A DNA stretch of 64,000 nucleotides from NCBI RefSeq assembly GCF_004010195.1, contig NC_057721.1, forward strand, positions 68,812,386-68,876,385. The letters run 5' to 3'. This document shows, one piece after another, positions 1 to 12,649 of the stretch (its first letter is position 1; every line of letters begins with the position of its first letter). The notes beneath the pieces are model-generated. The model ran no database searches and had not been told where the DNA came from. It saw nothing but the letters and a program-made list of their open reading frames with translations. The stretch is from Chiloscyllium plagiosum (taxonomy: Eukaryota). The translations under genes and the position numbers were made by a program.

Positions 1-338
1 GTGATATCCACCCCCATCGTCTGCAGCAGGAGCTGGTTCTGCATACTTTCCTGGAGCTGGGAGAGTTTTCCCCGCCTCTCTCTTCGCCTCCTGAACACCT
101 TTGAGGATGAAGAACCTCTTGATGTTCCCTTTTACTGTTTCCCACCAGTCCGCTGGGGACTCAAAGAGGGGCTTCACGGTTCTCCAACCTGCGTAGTCCC
201 TCTTGAGCTCCTCAATGTTTCCCGGGGTCAACAGCTTGGTGTTCAGCTTCCACGTTCCCTTACCAGCCCGCTGCTCGTCCTGTAGGTGACAGTCGGCCAG
301 CAGGAGGCAGTGGTCGGAGAAGAACACCGGCTTGATGT
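1..338 (-). mobile_element. Tx1/L1-clade LINE ORF2 fragment (end of APE endonuclease plus linker), running off the window edge
   Basis: Minus-strand translation IKPVFFSDHCLLLADC...GKGTWKLNTKLL...DWWETVKGNIKRFF contains the SDH and WKLN motifs of L1/Tx1 ORF2. One frameshift; GC-rich compared with the flanks. Confidence 0.8.
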
Positions 339-344
339 AGGGGG

Positions 345-757
345 GAGATTGTAATGCAGTGGTCTTGTCACAGGATAATACCCCATGCTTATACTTCGCT
401 AGGAGTGGAGGTACAGGAGTTAAAATCCCCCTTTGGCTGCTGGTGGATTTAAAATTAATTCAATAGAGCCTGGAAATGAAATCTAGTCTGGAGATGAGTT
501 GTTCACTAATATCCTGCAGAGGAGAGTTGCTGTCTTCATCCAATCTGGTTTATGCGTAATTCCAAACCCACAGCAATGTCATTGGTTGTCTCTTCACTGC
601 CTTCTGAAGTGGTCTGGCACGCACTTGGTTGTACAAAGCCGTTACTGAAAAGTTCACCCAGACACATAGCGATGATTCAGGGTGGCGGCTCTCCACCTAT
701 TCAAGGACAATTAGGAATGGCATTGCCAGCAATACCCACAGCCCATGAAAGAATTTA
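345..757 (+). mobile_element. tRNA-head SINE-like repeat (family B), diverged
   Basis: Shares the blocks GTTCACTAAT, CTGTC..C..TCTGG, CACAGCAATG and CAATTAGG.ATGG with copies at 3.6, 9.3, 22.7, 29.5, 44.8 and 60.4 kb. Confidence 0.6.
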
Positions 758-1373
758 AAAAGATGCTGGGTTTTAGTTTGGATCAATGAGAAAGGTCTAA
801 TGACACAGGTGACAATGGAGGAACAGTGTAGATGTGAAAATAGGATAAAGCAACTGTGTTGTATTCCTTGCTTTAGGGTCACATACTATTCAGACTTCAA
901 CTGCTATGGCGGTTCATGTATCTTTGTTCTGTGGAAATTCTGAATTTTCAAGATCAGTACTTTTGTGGCAATAATATTATGACAAGGGTTCAAAATATTG
1001 TTTAAAAAACCATTACAAAATAAAAAGAATTGGTGAAAATGCTAAAGACCAAGCACGGAAATAGAACAGTCATCCATCTTCTGTTTTGGATCTTATCAGA
1101 ATATATTATAAATGAGCACACTATGAAATAAATGAAGGGTAGATGAGATATTAAAAATCCCTTGGATTTTTTACATCTAATACAAGGGCATAATATTGTA
1201 GATGCTGTCATCTGGAAATACAAACAGAAAAGCTCAGCAAGTCAGGCAATGTCTGCATATGAGAGAGACACACACACAGTAAATAATTCAGGTCAGTGAT
1301 CTTTCAGCATAAGTGAATAATATTACTGCTATAATAGGCTTTGAGCAAGTACAGAGGGAACAAGAGGACAGAT

Positions 1374-1878
1374 ATTGGAACGATGTTGTGAAACTTGAAA
1401 GAGCTCAGAAAAGATTTACAAGGATGTTGCCAGGGTTGGAGGATTTGAGCTATAGGGAGAGGTTGAAAAGGCTGGGGCTGTTTTCCCTGGAGCATTGGAG
1501 GCTGAGGGGTGACCTTATAGAGGCTTATAAAATCATGAATGGCTTGGATAGGATAAATAGACAAAGTCTTTTCCCTGGATTGGGGGAGTCCAGAACTAGA
1601 TGGCATAGGTTTAGGGTGAGAGGAGAAAGATATAAAAGAGCTCTAAGGGGCAACTTTTTCACTCATGGAATGAACTGCCAGAGGAAGTGGTGGAGGTTAG
1701 TACAATTGCAACATTTAAAAGGCATCTGGATAGGTAAATGAATAGGAAGGATTTGGAGAGATATGGGCCAGGTGCTGGCAGGTGGGACTAGATTAGGTTG
1801 GGATACCTGGTTGGCATGGACGGATTGGACTGAAGGGTCTGTTTCCGTGCTGTACATCTCTATGACTCTATGACTCTG
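1374..1878 (+). mobile_element. CR1 (HER1-like) LINE, 5'-truncated 3' end
   Basis: ORF 1313-1741 contains LERAQKRFTRMLPGLEDLSYRERLKRLGLFSLE..RLRGDLIEAYKIM, the CR1 ORF2 C-terminus. Ends in a (CTATGACT)n tail. Confidence 0.92.
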
Positions 1879-2131
1879 TGACAGGAGAGTCAGAAACAAC
1901 AACATGGAAGATTTGTGACTGGAAGGCAGGACAGTTTAAGAGCCCAAAGGAGTGATGGTTCATCGGAAAAAAGGAAGTGGCAATGGAAAAAGTAAAGAAA
2001 CTAGATTTTTAAAAATTCACTCAGAGATGTTGGCATCGTTGACTGGGCTAGCTTTATTGTTCTTCCTGGGTGGCCTAGTGATAATAAAGGATATTCTGAT
2101 TCTTTGAAGGTAGTGATGAGCTTCTTTTTTT

Positions 2132-2422
2132 TTAGATTAGATTCCCTACAGTATGGAAACAGGCCCTTCGGCCCAACCAGTCAACACCAACCCCCTTCCC
2201 TCTTACTAATACACCTAACACTATGGGCCATTTAGCATGGCCAATTCACCTGACCTGCACATCTTTGGACTGTGGGAGGAAACCTGAGCACCTAGAGGAA
2301 ACCCACGCAGACACAGGGAGAATGTGCAAACTCCACACAGACAGTCACCTGAGGCTGGAATCAAACCTGGGACCCTGATGCTGTGAGGCAGCAGTGCTAA
2401 CCACCGAGCTACCATACCATCC
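2132..2422 (-). mobile_element. HE1 V-SINE inserted into a family-B SINE (~2010-2660)
   Basis: Reverse complement has the tRNA-like head GGTGGTTAGCACTGCTGCCTCACAGC, the V-domain GGAGTTTGCACATTCTCCCTGTGTCTGCGTGGGTTTCC and a (TAATC)n tail. Confidence 0.9.
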
Positions 2423-3639
2423 CACAGTTCTTTCCTGAACTGTTGCAGGCCATGTGCTGTAGGTAGACCCACAATACCATTAGGGATGGAGTTCCAGGGT
2501 TTTAACCCAATGGCATTGAAGGAACAGTAAAATTATTCCAAGTCAAGTCGGTGAGTGACTTGGAAGTAAACTTGTGGTAATGTTCCCATGTAACTGCTGC
2601 CCTTGTCCTTCAAGATGCAAGCAAATGTTGTATAGGAATGTACATCGAGATGTTTGGTTGACAAGGAAATAAATGGTGACAAGAGGATATGTGTGGAAAT
2701 AAGAATGGGAGTAGGAGCTGAAGTTGACAAATTGAATGTTGGGTCTAAAAGGATGTAATCTGCTGTTACCTGTGTCTGAACTGGTACTTCTAGACAAGTA
2801 CTATGTCTGTTTTACTTCCCCTTATCTAGCCAAGTTTAGCCTGTGCATTGATGTTCAGGCTGAGATCAGCTAATCCTGCACAGTTCAGAAACTGGAACTG
2901 GAATTTTCATCTTCTTTCTCTCTATAAGGATTTTAATAGCAGCTTCCATGTTTTCCCTTCAGATTTTTATGTTAAAATTGATCACAAGCGACATCAAAAT
3001 GTTTCACAGATACATATTGTAAACATTAACTTCATTGTCAATAATATCATGCACATTTCATTCTATTCATTTTCTACTTTTTAGTAAGAAGGATTGAAAT
3101 GTTTAACTTCTTAAACTTTGTCTTCCTTATTTTTCTGTTTTGTAATAAGGTTCTGTACCTAGGTACCTTTGTATCTAAGATGATACCATAAGTGGTGACT
3201 TGTAAACTTTTCACTGTATTCATGTGAGCACTTGTGACAGTAAACCTCATACAGTTCAGTAATGACTTACATCAGAAGTCTGTGAAAAAAGGTGGAGAGG
3301 CATTGGGAGAGATGGTTGAAAGAATTACATAGAATGAGCTGTGGTAGATGCAAGTCATTCAGGCACCTAATCCATGCCAGTTGAAATCATCATGGCAGAA
3401 CCATTAACCAAAATAATCAAATTTACTAAATGATCTAAAGATGAAACTACCAAAGAGATTTCATTTTAGTCTCAATTAGTTTAATACAAAGCAAATACAA
3501 TGCAAACCAAGCATGCATTAATAGGCAAATAGTAGTTTCAAATTAAAAGTTTAGATTTCACTTTAAATATTTGATACAAAGATTTATCTTACACAATCAC
3601 AGATTTTGTATGACATTATGTAGCTACGCACTTCCACAA

Positions 3640-3970
3640 TTTTTTTTTGTCCACTCATGGGATGTGAGCACCTCTGGATAGGCCAACATTTACTCCCATC
3701 CCTAACTGCCCAGAGGGCAGTGGGTCTGGAGTCACATGTAGATCGGATCAGGTAAGGATGACAGATTTCCTTCTCTAATAGGACATCAGTGAACCAGATA
3801 TGTTTTTCTGGCAATCGCTTCATGGTCATCATTAGACTTTTAATTCCAGATTCTCCACTGAATTCACATTCCACCATCTGCCAAGGCAGTATTTGAACTT
3901 GGGTCCACAGAACATTAGCTGAGTTTCTGGATTAATAGTCTTGCAATAATACCACTAGGCAATTACCTAC
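3640..3970 (-). mobile_element. Family-B SINE
   Basis: Reverse complement aligns with 9263-9620 and 60430-60735. Confidence 0.7.
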
Positions 3971-4096
3971 CCCGCGTTTTACTTTATCTATGCTGGGGAG
4001 GTCAAGAGTCCTGTCTGGCAACATTTTTCATCCTCTCCACACCCCTCCAAATTACTGCTGTTTTTGCAGGTAAGCTTGTCTATTTTCTCAACAGAT

Positions 4097-4228
4097 TCTG
4101 GATTAGTGGTGCTGGAAGAGCACAGCAGTTCAGGCAGCATCCAAGGAGCTTCGAAATCGACGTTTCGGGCAAAAGCCCTTCATCAGGATCTGGTTTCCAG
4201 CATCTGCAGTCATTGTTTTTACCTCTCT
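4097..4228. mobile_element. Short non-autonomous Penelope-derived element carrying a hammerhead
   Basis: Flanked by the 16-bp direct repeat TATTTTCTCAACAGAT (4081-4096 and 4229-4244). Contains GCAGCATCC, CCAGCATCTGCAG and the hammerhead motif. Confidence 0.8.
4156..4189 (-). ncRNA. Minimal type I hammerhead ribozyme motif, intact core
   Basis: Minus strand reads ATC-CTGATGA-A-GGGC-TTTT-GCCC-GAAA-CGTC-GAT: both conserved core boxes, 4-bp helix II, palindromic ACGU helix III, GUC site, helix I ATC/GAT. Confidence 0.8.
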
Positions 4229-4515
4229 TATTTTCTCAACAGATCAACCAGTAATGCCTGAGTTCTCAGCTTGGCCACATCTGAGAAAATATTCAGCACT
4301 TTAGCATCTCCAATCTATTCACATAGCTTTCCAGGTTTCAGGCTTTGCAGCAACCTTACATATTTTGTCTAATAGTGCTGTCAAAAAAACCTTCTTTCTG
4401 AGAATTATTTCATTTTCCTCTTTCTATCGCTGTCTGCTTTCTCCTTGTGTTTATATCTGTTCCTTCACCTTCCTCTATCTCACATTGCAGCTCTCCTTTA
4501 TGTCTACAGCTCTTA

Positions 4516-4792
4516 TTAGATTAGATTCCTTACTGTGTGGAAACAGGCCATTTGGCCCAACAATCCACACCGATCCTCCGAAGTGTAACCCACCCCCTCT
4601 GACTAATGCACCTAACACTATGGACAATTTAGCATGGCTGATTCACCTGACCTGCACATCTTTGGAATGGGGGACGAAACCCGAGCACCCAGAGGAAACC
4701 CACACAGACACGGGGAGAATGTGCAAACTCCACACAGACAGTCACCCAAGGCTGGGATCGAACCTGGGACCTTGGTGTTGTGAGGCAGCAGT
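4516..4792 (-). mobile_element. HE1 V-SINE
   Basis: Same V-domain and TAATC tail as 2132-2422. Confidence 0.9.
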
Positions 4793-4859
4793 GTCAGACC
4801 AGATGAACTCCATATCCTCACTGCCTTCTTGTTTCTATTGCTTCCTGGTCAAGCATTGT

Positions 4860-5096
4860 ATAGAACATAGAAGAATACAGCGCAGTACAGGCCCTTGGGC
4901 CCTCGATGTTGCGCCGATCCATGGCCTGTCTACATATTGTGTCAGGAGACTCTCCTGCACACATTGAACAAACGCTGACCCATCTAACGAACTTGAGCTA
5001 TAGCTTTCCCAATCAATATCAGGAAAGTTAAAGTCCCCCATAACAACCACCCTATTACTGTCACTCATCTCCTGAATCACCTTCCCAATCCTTTCT
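4860..5096 (-). mobile_element. Internally deleted CR1: APE endonuclease fragment fused to the 3' tail
   Basis: Translation VVVMGDFNFPDIDWE...FVQCVQESLLTQYVDRP is joined directly to a 3' tail ending in TTCTATGTTCTA. Flanked by TCAAG(C/G)ATTGT repeats. Confidence 0.8.
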
Positions 5097-6689
5097 TCAA
5101 GGATTGTGTCCTCACATGGAACCAGTGCAGGTTATTATACAAGGAAATCATAATTAAGTTCTTTAGAATTGATGCAAGGTTCTAACAATCCCTAAAAACA
5201 AGTCCAGAATCCACAAACAATTTAAAGAAATTAAAAATGTTCTTTACTACTTCCAGGTCAAAGGTTATTTACACTGTGTGTACAGTCCATGTCAGACTTT
5301 TCCTAATCAGAATAACTTCTACTCATTTTTCTTATACATTTATCTAACGTCCTCATAAATGTGCTATGTCTGTTTCCCTCAGCAGTTCCATATTTTAGAC
5401 AGGTTCACCTTGTAATCACTATCTGGATAATCAGGCAAGTTTTTAAAAAAATTTGTAGCTAAGCAGGGCAATCCAACAATGTGGAAGAGTTAATGGGTGA
5501 ACAGTAAAGTAGACTGAATGATCACTGAAGGCTTTGCAGCCAGTAATGGAGCCTAAGAAGGAAGGTACACAACAGGCTAAAGTCAGTAAAGTGAGCACAA
5601 GGCTGTCACAGACTCCATAAACTGGGATAAGTTTAGCTGCAGAAGATTTTGGAAATGAAGGCAATGCACTGAAGGACATGAACTAATGCCAGATTACAGT
5701 TGTGGAGGTGTGAGAATTGCTGTGTAATAGGATACCTGAACCGTTTCTGAAATCTACGCCATGCTTAATGTTATGGCCAGCAATTATAATGTCTGTGTTG
5801 TGAAGCATAAAAATTAAATAATATGTGTTATAACTCATATTAAACATCAATACTTTTAAAATACATCACAATGATTTAGAATCTATCTGTTCACACTTGA
5901 CTAAATTGGGCAATGATTCAATGGATGGTGATATTGCGCATTTTGTTACTGGGTTTGTAGATAATTTACCACAGGAGCTGCTTGCTCCTGTAATTTGATT
6001 TCCCATTAATTGTCATTCCGTTCATCCTCAGGGCTTTGTGAATACCATCTGTGCCATAATCTGCAGAGGTAAGGCTTCCAAATGAATATTAAATCGAGAC
6101 AGTCAGCAAAAACAAATTTTGAGGCCAGAGTTGAGCGCAGATAAATTTGACACAAAACAAAATATATTGAAAAACTGAAGGAAGACTCTCAAACATTTAA
6201 CAATTTAAGATCTCTTATTTAGCAGGTTGAGCTTCACTTTCAGTGCAATGTGACTTTCACCTGAGGCAGTTAACTTATTTTATCTTGTATGAAGTGTGTC
6301 GACTCCCTGCTAATACTGGTAAATTGAACTGTTTTATTCCTCTTAACACTGCATGCTGTAGAGACCAGTGTTCCCTGAAATTGTAAAGATGCCACATATG
6401 TACCAGCAAAACATTTACTTTTGGTTTAATCTGTACGTCAGAGATTAAAGAAAATAACACAGGGACAAAGAGCAAACAATATGACTGTTCTAAGTTTTAT
6501 TGAAACTTATTGCTTTATCTGAATCCAATATAAGACACTCACCTGAATGTTATTAAAAAATGGAGAGAATTGTCATCGACCATTTGCTCTGTTTTATCGT
6601 CCATTTAATATCTTCTCGCTTTGATATATCCTCTGGAACTGTTTTGTGGGTTCAGAGATGGCTGATAAGAAAAAGGAGCAGGAATAAGT

Positions 6690-7512
6690 CATTCATTCTG
6701 TGCCAGTCAACAAGATTCAGAAGAATCAGCTCTGATTTCTAAAGGGAAAATTGTCTAACTAATTTGCAAGAGTATTTTGAAGTGGGAACAGAAAGAGTCG
6801 ATGAAGATAATAGTGTTGTTATGGCATATATTGATTGCTGGAAGGCATTGGACACAGTGCCACACAACAGATTCATGAGGAAAGTTATAGGTCATGGTAT
6901 AAAATGGACAATAGCAATGTGGATACAAAATAGTGATAGAACACTGATCGCAATGGCCAATGGATATTTTTCCAGCTGGGGGAACATCTGTAGTTGAGTT
7001 CCCCAGGAGTCATTATTAAAACCCTAGCCTTTCCTGACATATTAATGATCTGAATCTTGGTGTGCAGAGGGCAAATTCAAAGTTTGCAGATGGCACAAAA
7101 CTTGGCAGAATTGTGAACTGAAGTGTGCAAAAACCCAAAAGGACATGGACAAGTTGGTTGGATCTGTGGCGGATGTGGTTTAATGTAGAGAAGTGTAAAA
7201 AGAATCAATTTGGTAGGAAGAACACTGAAAAATAATATGAAATAGGGGGTACAATTCTAAAGAGGATACAGGAGCAGAGGGAGCTGGGTGTATGCATCCA
7301 AAGATCATTAAAGATGGCAGTACAGGTGGAGAGAGCAATTGATAAAGCAGAGAGTGTGCTTGGTTTTATTAACAGAGGCACAGAGTTAAAAGTAAGGAGA
7401 TGATGTTGAACCTCTCTAAGACAATTGTAAGAAAGCACTAGGTGATAGAACTGGTATAAGTTCAATGAGCTGAATGGCCTCCTTCTCTGCCGTAATAATT
7501 CAGTAATTCTGT
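6690..7512 (+). mobile_element. Decayed CR1 RT fragment
   Basis: KGKLSN..L.EYFE, YIDCWKALDTVPH, GVPQ-like and KFADGTKL motifs with stop codons and frameshifts. Confidence 0.85.
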
Positions 7513-7579
7513 GAAAGTTATGGTTGATCTGCCCTATCCCTCAACTCCTCTTTTGTGACAGCCTCTCATAGCCATCAAC

Positions 7580-9062
7580 TCCTAAATATTTCGAGAAATC
7601 TATGTATGTCCTCTCGAAATACTTTCAGTGATCTCACCCACCACAACTCTTCAGGGTAGTGAATTCCAAAGGAGAGAAAAGATCCTTTGCCCCTCAGTTT
7701 TAAACAAGTGTCCCCTTTGTTCTTTAATTCTGTTCATTAGTTCCCCTACCATTGGAAACATTATATCAAAAATTTCACGTCAAATCCTCTCAGAATCTGT
7801 ATCTTTCAATACGACTATCCCTCATTCTTTGAAACTGTATGAATAAAGCTTTAGTCTGTTTAGCCATTCTTGATAAATCAATTGCTTCATGTCAGGAATC
7901 ATCCTTTGGTATTGTCGCCAATGCAGTATATATTTCCTAAATAATGGACCAAACTCTATGCAATGCTTTCCTCATGAATCTGTTGTGTGGCACTGTGTCC
8001 AATGCCGTCCAGAAATTCTCACCAACACTGGACACAGTTGTAGCTAGAGGTTTCTGTTTTAAACTCCAAACCTGTAGAGATAAAGGCCAAAGCTCCATTA
8101 TCTTCTTAATTACTTGCTGCATCTGCATGCTAATATTTTGTGTTGTATGCACAAGAACAGCTAGAGCCTCGATACTGCACTTTTCTCCATCTAAATACGA
8201 GTATGCCTTTTGACTTTTTTTCCCACCAAAGTGCATCACTTCACACTTTGCTACATTAAACTCTATCTGCCAAGTTTTTGTCCATTCAATCTATATCCCC
8301 TTGCAGATTCTTTATGTCTGTATCACAACATGTCTTCCCAGCATCAATGGAGAGAAATCAGAGTTAACATTTCAGGTCGAGTGACTCTTCCTCAAACATT
8401 TCTCTTCACAGATGTTGCCAGACCTGCTGAGCTTTTCTGGCAATTTCTGTTTTTGTTTCTGATTTACAGTATCTGTAGTTTTTATGCATTCCCAGCTGTT
8501 TTTGTATCATAAGTAAATTTGGATACATTACACTCTGTACCTTCGTCCACATTGTTGATATAAATAATATCCAATTGAAGTCCTAGGACTGATCCTTGTG
8601 ACAATCCAGTATCATAACCTTTCCAACCTGAAAAAGGACCATTAATAATGATTCTATCTTCTGAGTGTTAATCAATCTTCAGTCCATACTAACACATTAC
8701 CCTCATACTCTGATCCCTAATCTTAAGCAATAACCTTCTATGTGTCACCTTACTGATGCAGATGTACTCCATGTCCTGGCTCCCCTTTATCAAGTCTGAT
8801 TGTTGTAGCCTCGAAGAACTCTCTCAAAATTGTCAAACATGATTTCTCTTTTACAAAACAATGTTGACTCAGCTTGATTGCATTCTGCTTTTCTAAATGC
8901 CTTTCTATTATTTCCTTAATAACAAATTTTAGCATTTTCTCAACAACTGATGCTAGGTTAACTGTCCTATAGTTTCCTGCTTTCTGTTTCTCTTCGTTCT
9001 TGAACAGGGGTGCCATATTAATAGTTTTTCAATCCATTGTAACCCTCCTGGAGTCCAGTGAT
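7580..9062 (-). mobile_element. Decayed CR1 RT fragment, interrupted by a Penelope-derived insert (~8343-8485)
   Basis: ORF 8750-9016 PLFKNEEKQKAGNYRTVNLASVVEKML...SQHCFVKEKSCLT is the CR1 RT N-terminal region. ORF 7937-8239 MHFGGKK... Confidence 0.85.
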
Positions 9063-9262
9063 GTTTGAAATATACTAAGGTGGAAGTAGATGAGTGGTGG
9101 CAGATATTTAAGCAGATAGTTGATAATGCTCAGCAAACAATTTGTACCTATCAAAAAGAAAGACTCAGAGAATGGTGACACAGCTTGCACTTTAGGGGGT
9201 GACGGAGAACAAGTATCCACACATAGTGAGTCACCAAACATGCGACCATGGTAGGGAGGAAA

Positions 9263-9620
9263 GGTGGCATTGTGGTCATGTCATTGGAACAGTAATCCAG
9301 AGGAAAAGGCTAATGTTCTGGGCAAGTGGGTTCAAATCCCATCCTGACAGATGGTGAAATCTAAATTCAATAAAAATCTGGAATTAAGAAAACAAGCTGG
9401 CCTGTTGACAACCAGATGACTATTGTTGATTGTTGCAAAAATCTATCTGGTTAAACAATACCCTTTAAGGATGAAAATTACCATCCTTACCTAATCTGGC
9501 CTATATGTGACTCCAGGCCCACATCTTATGATTGACTCCGAACTGCCTGCTGGGCAAGTAAGGATGGGCAATAAATGATGGCCTATCCAGAGATACCTTA
9601 GCCTGTGAAGAAATAATGAA
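9263..9620 (+). mobile_element. Family-B SINE, near full length
   Basis: tRNA-like head GGTGGCATTGTGGT...GGGTTCAAATCCCA with B-box, and tail GGATGGGCAATAAATG. Confidence 0.75.
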
Positions 9621-10166
9621 ACAGAGGGCAAACTTGTGCAGTAATATTGTTGCTAGGATACACATTTTTGGTGAAATATTGTATCTGTTTCATTGTCGGG
9701 CCAGAAAGCCCACCACTGTTGGAAAAGTTCAATGTCATCTGCAGTCCTTTACACACAGATTGAAAGCCATTCTTTTCAGTTGTAAGTGATGGTTAACTCC
9801 ACAGGAACATTTGAGAATCTGTAAGGGCTTTGTCATGTACAGTGCCACTTCTTTTGATCTGGACCAGCCTTAAATAATTTTAAACCACCAGGACTTTTAT
9901 CAGCTCACAAACAGCCAATGGAAATGAATCAACGAATGACTTGACAATAGCTGACCGCTTTAAATAGCAGCAATGAGAGTTCCTTGCTGCTGCTAAATAC
10001 ATGTTAGCTGTTTGTACTTACGAGATGGTGTTATATGGAGTGCTGAGGATGAAAATTCTAGCACTGGCATCAACTCTGTGTACCTTTTTGGTACCTACTT
10101 CTAATACACGTGCTATCTGATCTTCATAAAATTAGAAGAGTCCAATGTCATCTGCACTAAGAGATG

Positions 10167-10382
10167 ATTTGGAGATGCCGGTGTTGGACTGGGGTGTACA
10201 AAGTTAAAAATCACACAACACCAGGTTATCGTCCAACAGGTTTAATTGGAAGCTCCAGCTTTCGGAGCGCTACTACTTCATCAGGTGGTTGATCACCTGA
10301 TGAAGGAGCGGCATTTCGAAAGCTAGTGCTTCCAATTAAACCTGTTGGACGATAACCTGGGGTTGTGTGATTTTTAAGTTTG
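10167..10382. mobile_element. Fold-back Penelope-derived element with hammerhead (AGCU subfamily)
   Basis: Inverted arms ~10200-10287 and ~10294-10380. TSD TGCACT(A/G)AGAGATG at 10153-10166 and 10383-10396. Confidence 0.8.
10294..10328 (+). ncRNA. Minimal hammerhead ribozyme motif (AGCU helix III variant)
   Basis: CAC-CTGATGA-A-GGAG-CGGCA-TTTC-GAAA-GCTA-GTG. Helix I is CAC/GTG; helix II has G.U pairs here, and the perfect GGAGCG/CGCTCC version is seen at ~34014-34026. Confidence 0.7.
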
Positions 10383-12024
10383 TGCACTGAGAGATGGCAT
10401 CCAGAACAGACAGCATAGGAAGTCCTTTGAATCATCAAATCAACCTGTCCACTCCAGTGAACTGGATTTTCCATTCTCTGTTTCTAGATGGCACTTGGAT
10501 GGTTACTGACTGGAATAGCCTCTTCCTGAACAACAAATATGACAAGATATTAAAACTCCACTTGAGTTATAAGAACAATGGATAATAAGATGGATTTACA
10601 TCTGCTGAACACCTTAAAGAATTTCTGATGTATGCCTGAGGAATCCCTCTCCCACAATGTATCATTGAGGTTTCACTATTCTGTTAAAATGCAGGTACAG
10701 GGATAGGAAATGATCTGAATTCCCCATTTACAAACTTGTATTCCAACGTCAACTCTTGCTTTAGTCCTCTGACTGTCCCCAAGGAAGATGCAGCTAATAT
10801 TATGCATTGACATTCAGATAGTCGGCCTAAAGCATCCAGTATTCTGTATGTTACTTCTTCTTCAGTGGAAGAAAATAACATACTTAGGCTTCAATTTCAT
10901 GATACTTACAAAGACAATATAAATCAACATAGCGTATAACAAATAGATAATGATGTGTGCATTGGATTTCAATCCAGCACTGACTAATGGGATGAAATTC
11001 TGACTATCTGATGAGTTTGAGTAATGCCAATTCTGGCACTGAGTATAAATATCTTTCCTTTGTAAAAGTTAGATTTACCAATACTGCAGCTATCTCTTAA
11101 TGGATACAAATATTTCACCCTGACCATGAAATTAGATGATTTATGAATTAATGGAATGTTTCTACAGTCATACAGATATATTGAAATGGGAATGTAAAGG
11201 TGATTGAAGATGACACAAAACAAAGTCAAGTTCCTTAATGCAGTTAGATAATGAGGATTCTACAATGCACTTTGTACATTATAGATCACTGTAAATTAAC
11301 TGGATGATAACAGAAAATTGTTTCTTATCAATACAATAGAAAATAATAAAGCTCTAATTATTCTGATCCAGCAGCAACATTGAAGGATGTTAACATTATA
11401 CAGCAGCAGTTTCTCCATAGATCACTTGATAATGGTGCTGCTTATTAGCGAAGTGCCATTCAAACAATAAACCACGATACATTTTCTGATCTTCACATTT
11501 CTGGCAACCTCTCAATATTTGTGTAAGGTTGTTCCTCAGCATAAAGCATAAGGGAAAGATAGAGATCTGCGCTTTGAGATTGGGCTTATCTTTGGTGAGT
11601 TTTGGAATCACCTTGTAAACAAAGTAGATATGCTTTAATAAATTGGACACCTGAATGACAATCTACTTGGCACATCCTACAGACTAACACTTATTCCTCT
11701 GTCTATGTTTTCCTTCTTGGATAATCTTACCCCATTCAAACTTCTGAACTTCCTACAAGTTTGTTGAAGATTTCAGTTGCAATATTAGTGCCAATCCCAC
11801 TTTTCTACACATTGCATTTTTAAGCATCTTCATGTCATCTTTTCTGACCTCCAACATTTCTTCTGTTGGAAGTCAGTTCCAAATAAAGTTGCTGCTCTGG
11901 GTGTCTGGTGTCAGCATTCACTACACATGGCCAGGCAAACAAGGTTAGGCTGAGGTAACCTTACCTTCAATGTTGTGATAAACTGAGAGGATACACACAC
12001 ACCTGTACCATTTAACATGGTTAT

Positions 12025-12625
12025 CAAGCAGGAGGCTGAAAGAATGCAGCAAGCCAGGCAGCATCAAGAGGTCAAGAAGTCAGCATTTTGGATGTAAGCC
12101 TTCTTCAGGTCTGACCTCCCAGTCACTGCCCATTTTAATTCCCTTTCCCATTCCCTTTCCAACATGACCATCCTTGGCCTCCTTCATTGCTACAGCGAAT
12201 CAGACCGCAAATCAGAGGAACAACACCTCATCTTCCACTGGGCAGCCTACAGCGCAGAGGCTCAACATTGAATTCTCCAATTTCAAATAACCTCCCTTCC
12301 CATCCTCTGACTCCCTCTCCAGCCCTTCCCCCTCCCTTCCATTTCTCTCATCGATTCTTCCTTCCAACTACCAACCGGATTCTTTCTTCTCTTTGACCAA
12401 CCAGATTGTACCCTCTACCTGTGTTCACTTATCCTGAGCTCAGCACCCCACACCCCACTCCCTCTCCCTTTATCTACAGCTCCCCTTACACCCATCCCCA
12501 GTCATGAAGAAGGGTTGCACCTGAAACGTTGACTTCTCCACCACCTCATGTTGCCTGGTCTGCTGTGGTCTTCCAGCCTCTTGCTTGTCTATTGTGGATT
12601 CCAGCATCTGCAGTTTTTTTGCTTG
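12025..12625 (+). mobile_element. Penelope-like element 3' end (GIY-YIG C-terminus, C/T-rich UTR, decayed hammerhead) with a short inverted arm
   Basis: HFNSLSHSLSNMTILGLLHCYSESDRKSEEQHLIF translation. Decayed motif GTC-ATGAAGA-A-GGGT-TGC-ACCT-GAAACGTT-GAC at 12501-12533. Confidence 0.8.
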
Positions 12626-12649
12626 TAATTTAATGTGCTTATGGCTCAT

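Noticed and set aside
4365-4967. 200-aa ORF
   Set aside because: Runs antisense through an HE1 SINE and a CR1 tail; similar pseudo-peptides recur at other HE1 copies.
10684-10881. Protein-looking 65-aa minus-strand ORF (TEEEVTYRILDALGRL...), and a nearby plus-strand acceptor at ~10488 (DGTWMVTDWNSLF...)
   Set aside because: No recognisable homology and no consistent partner exons; cannot be told from chance without a search.
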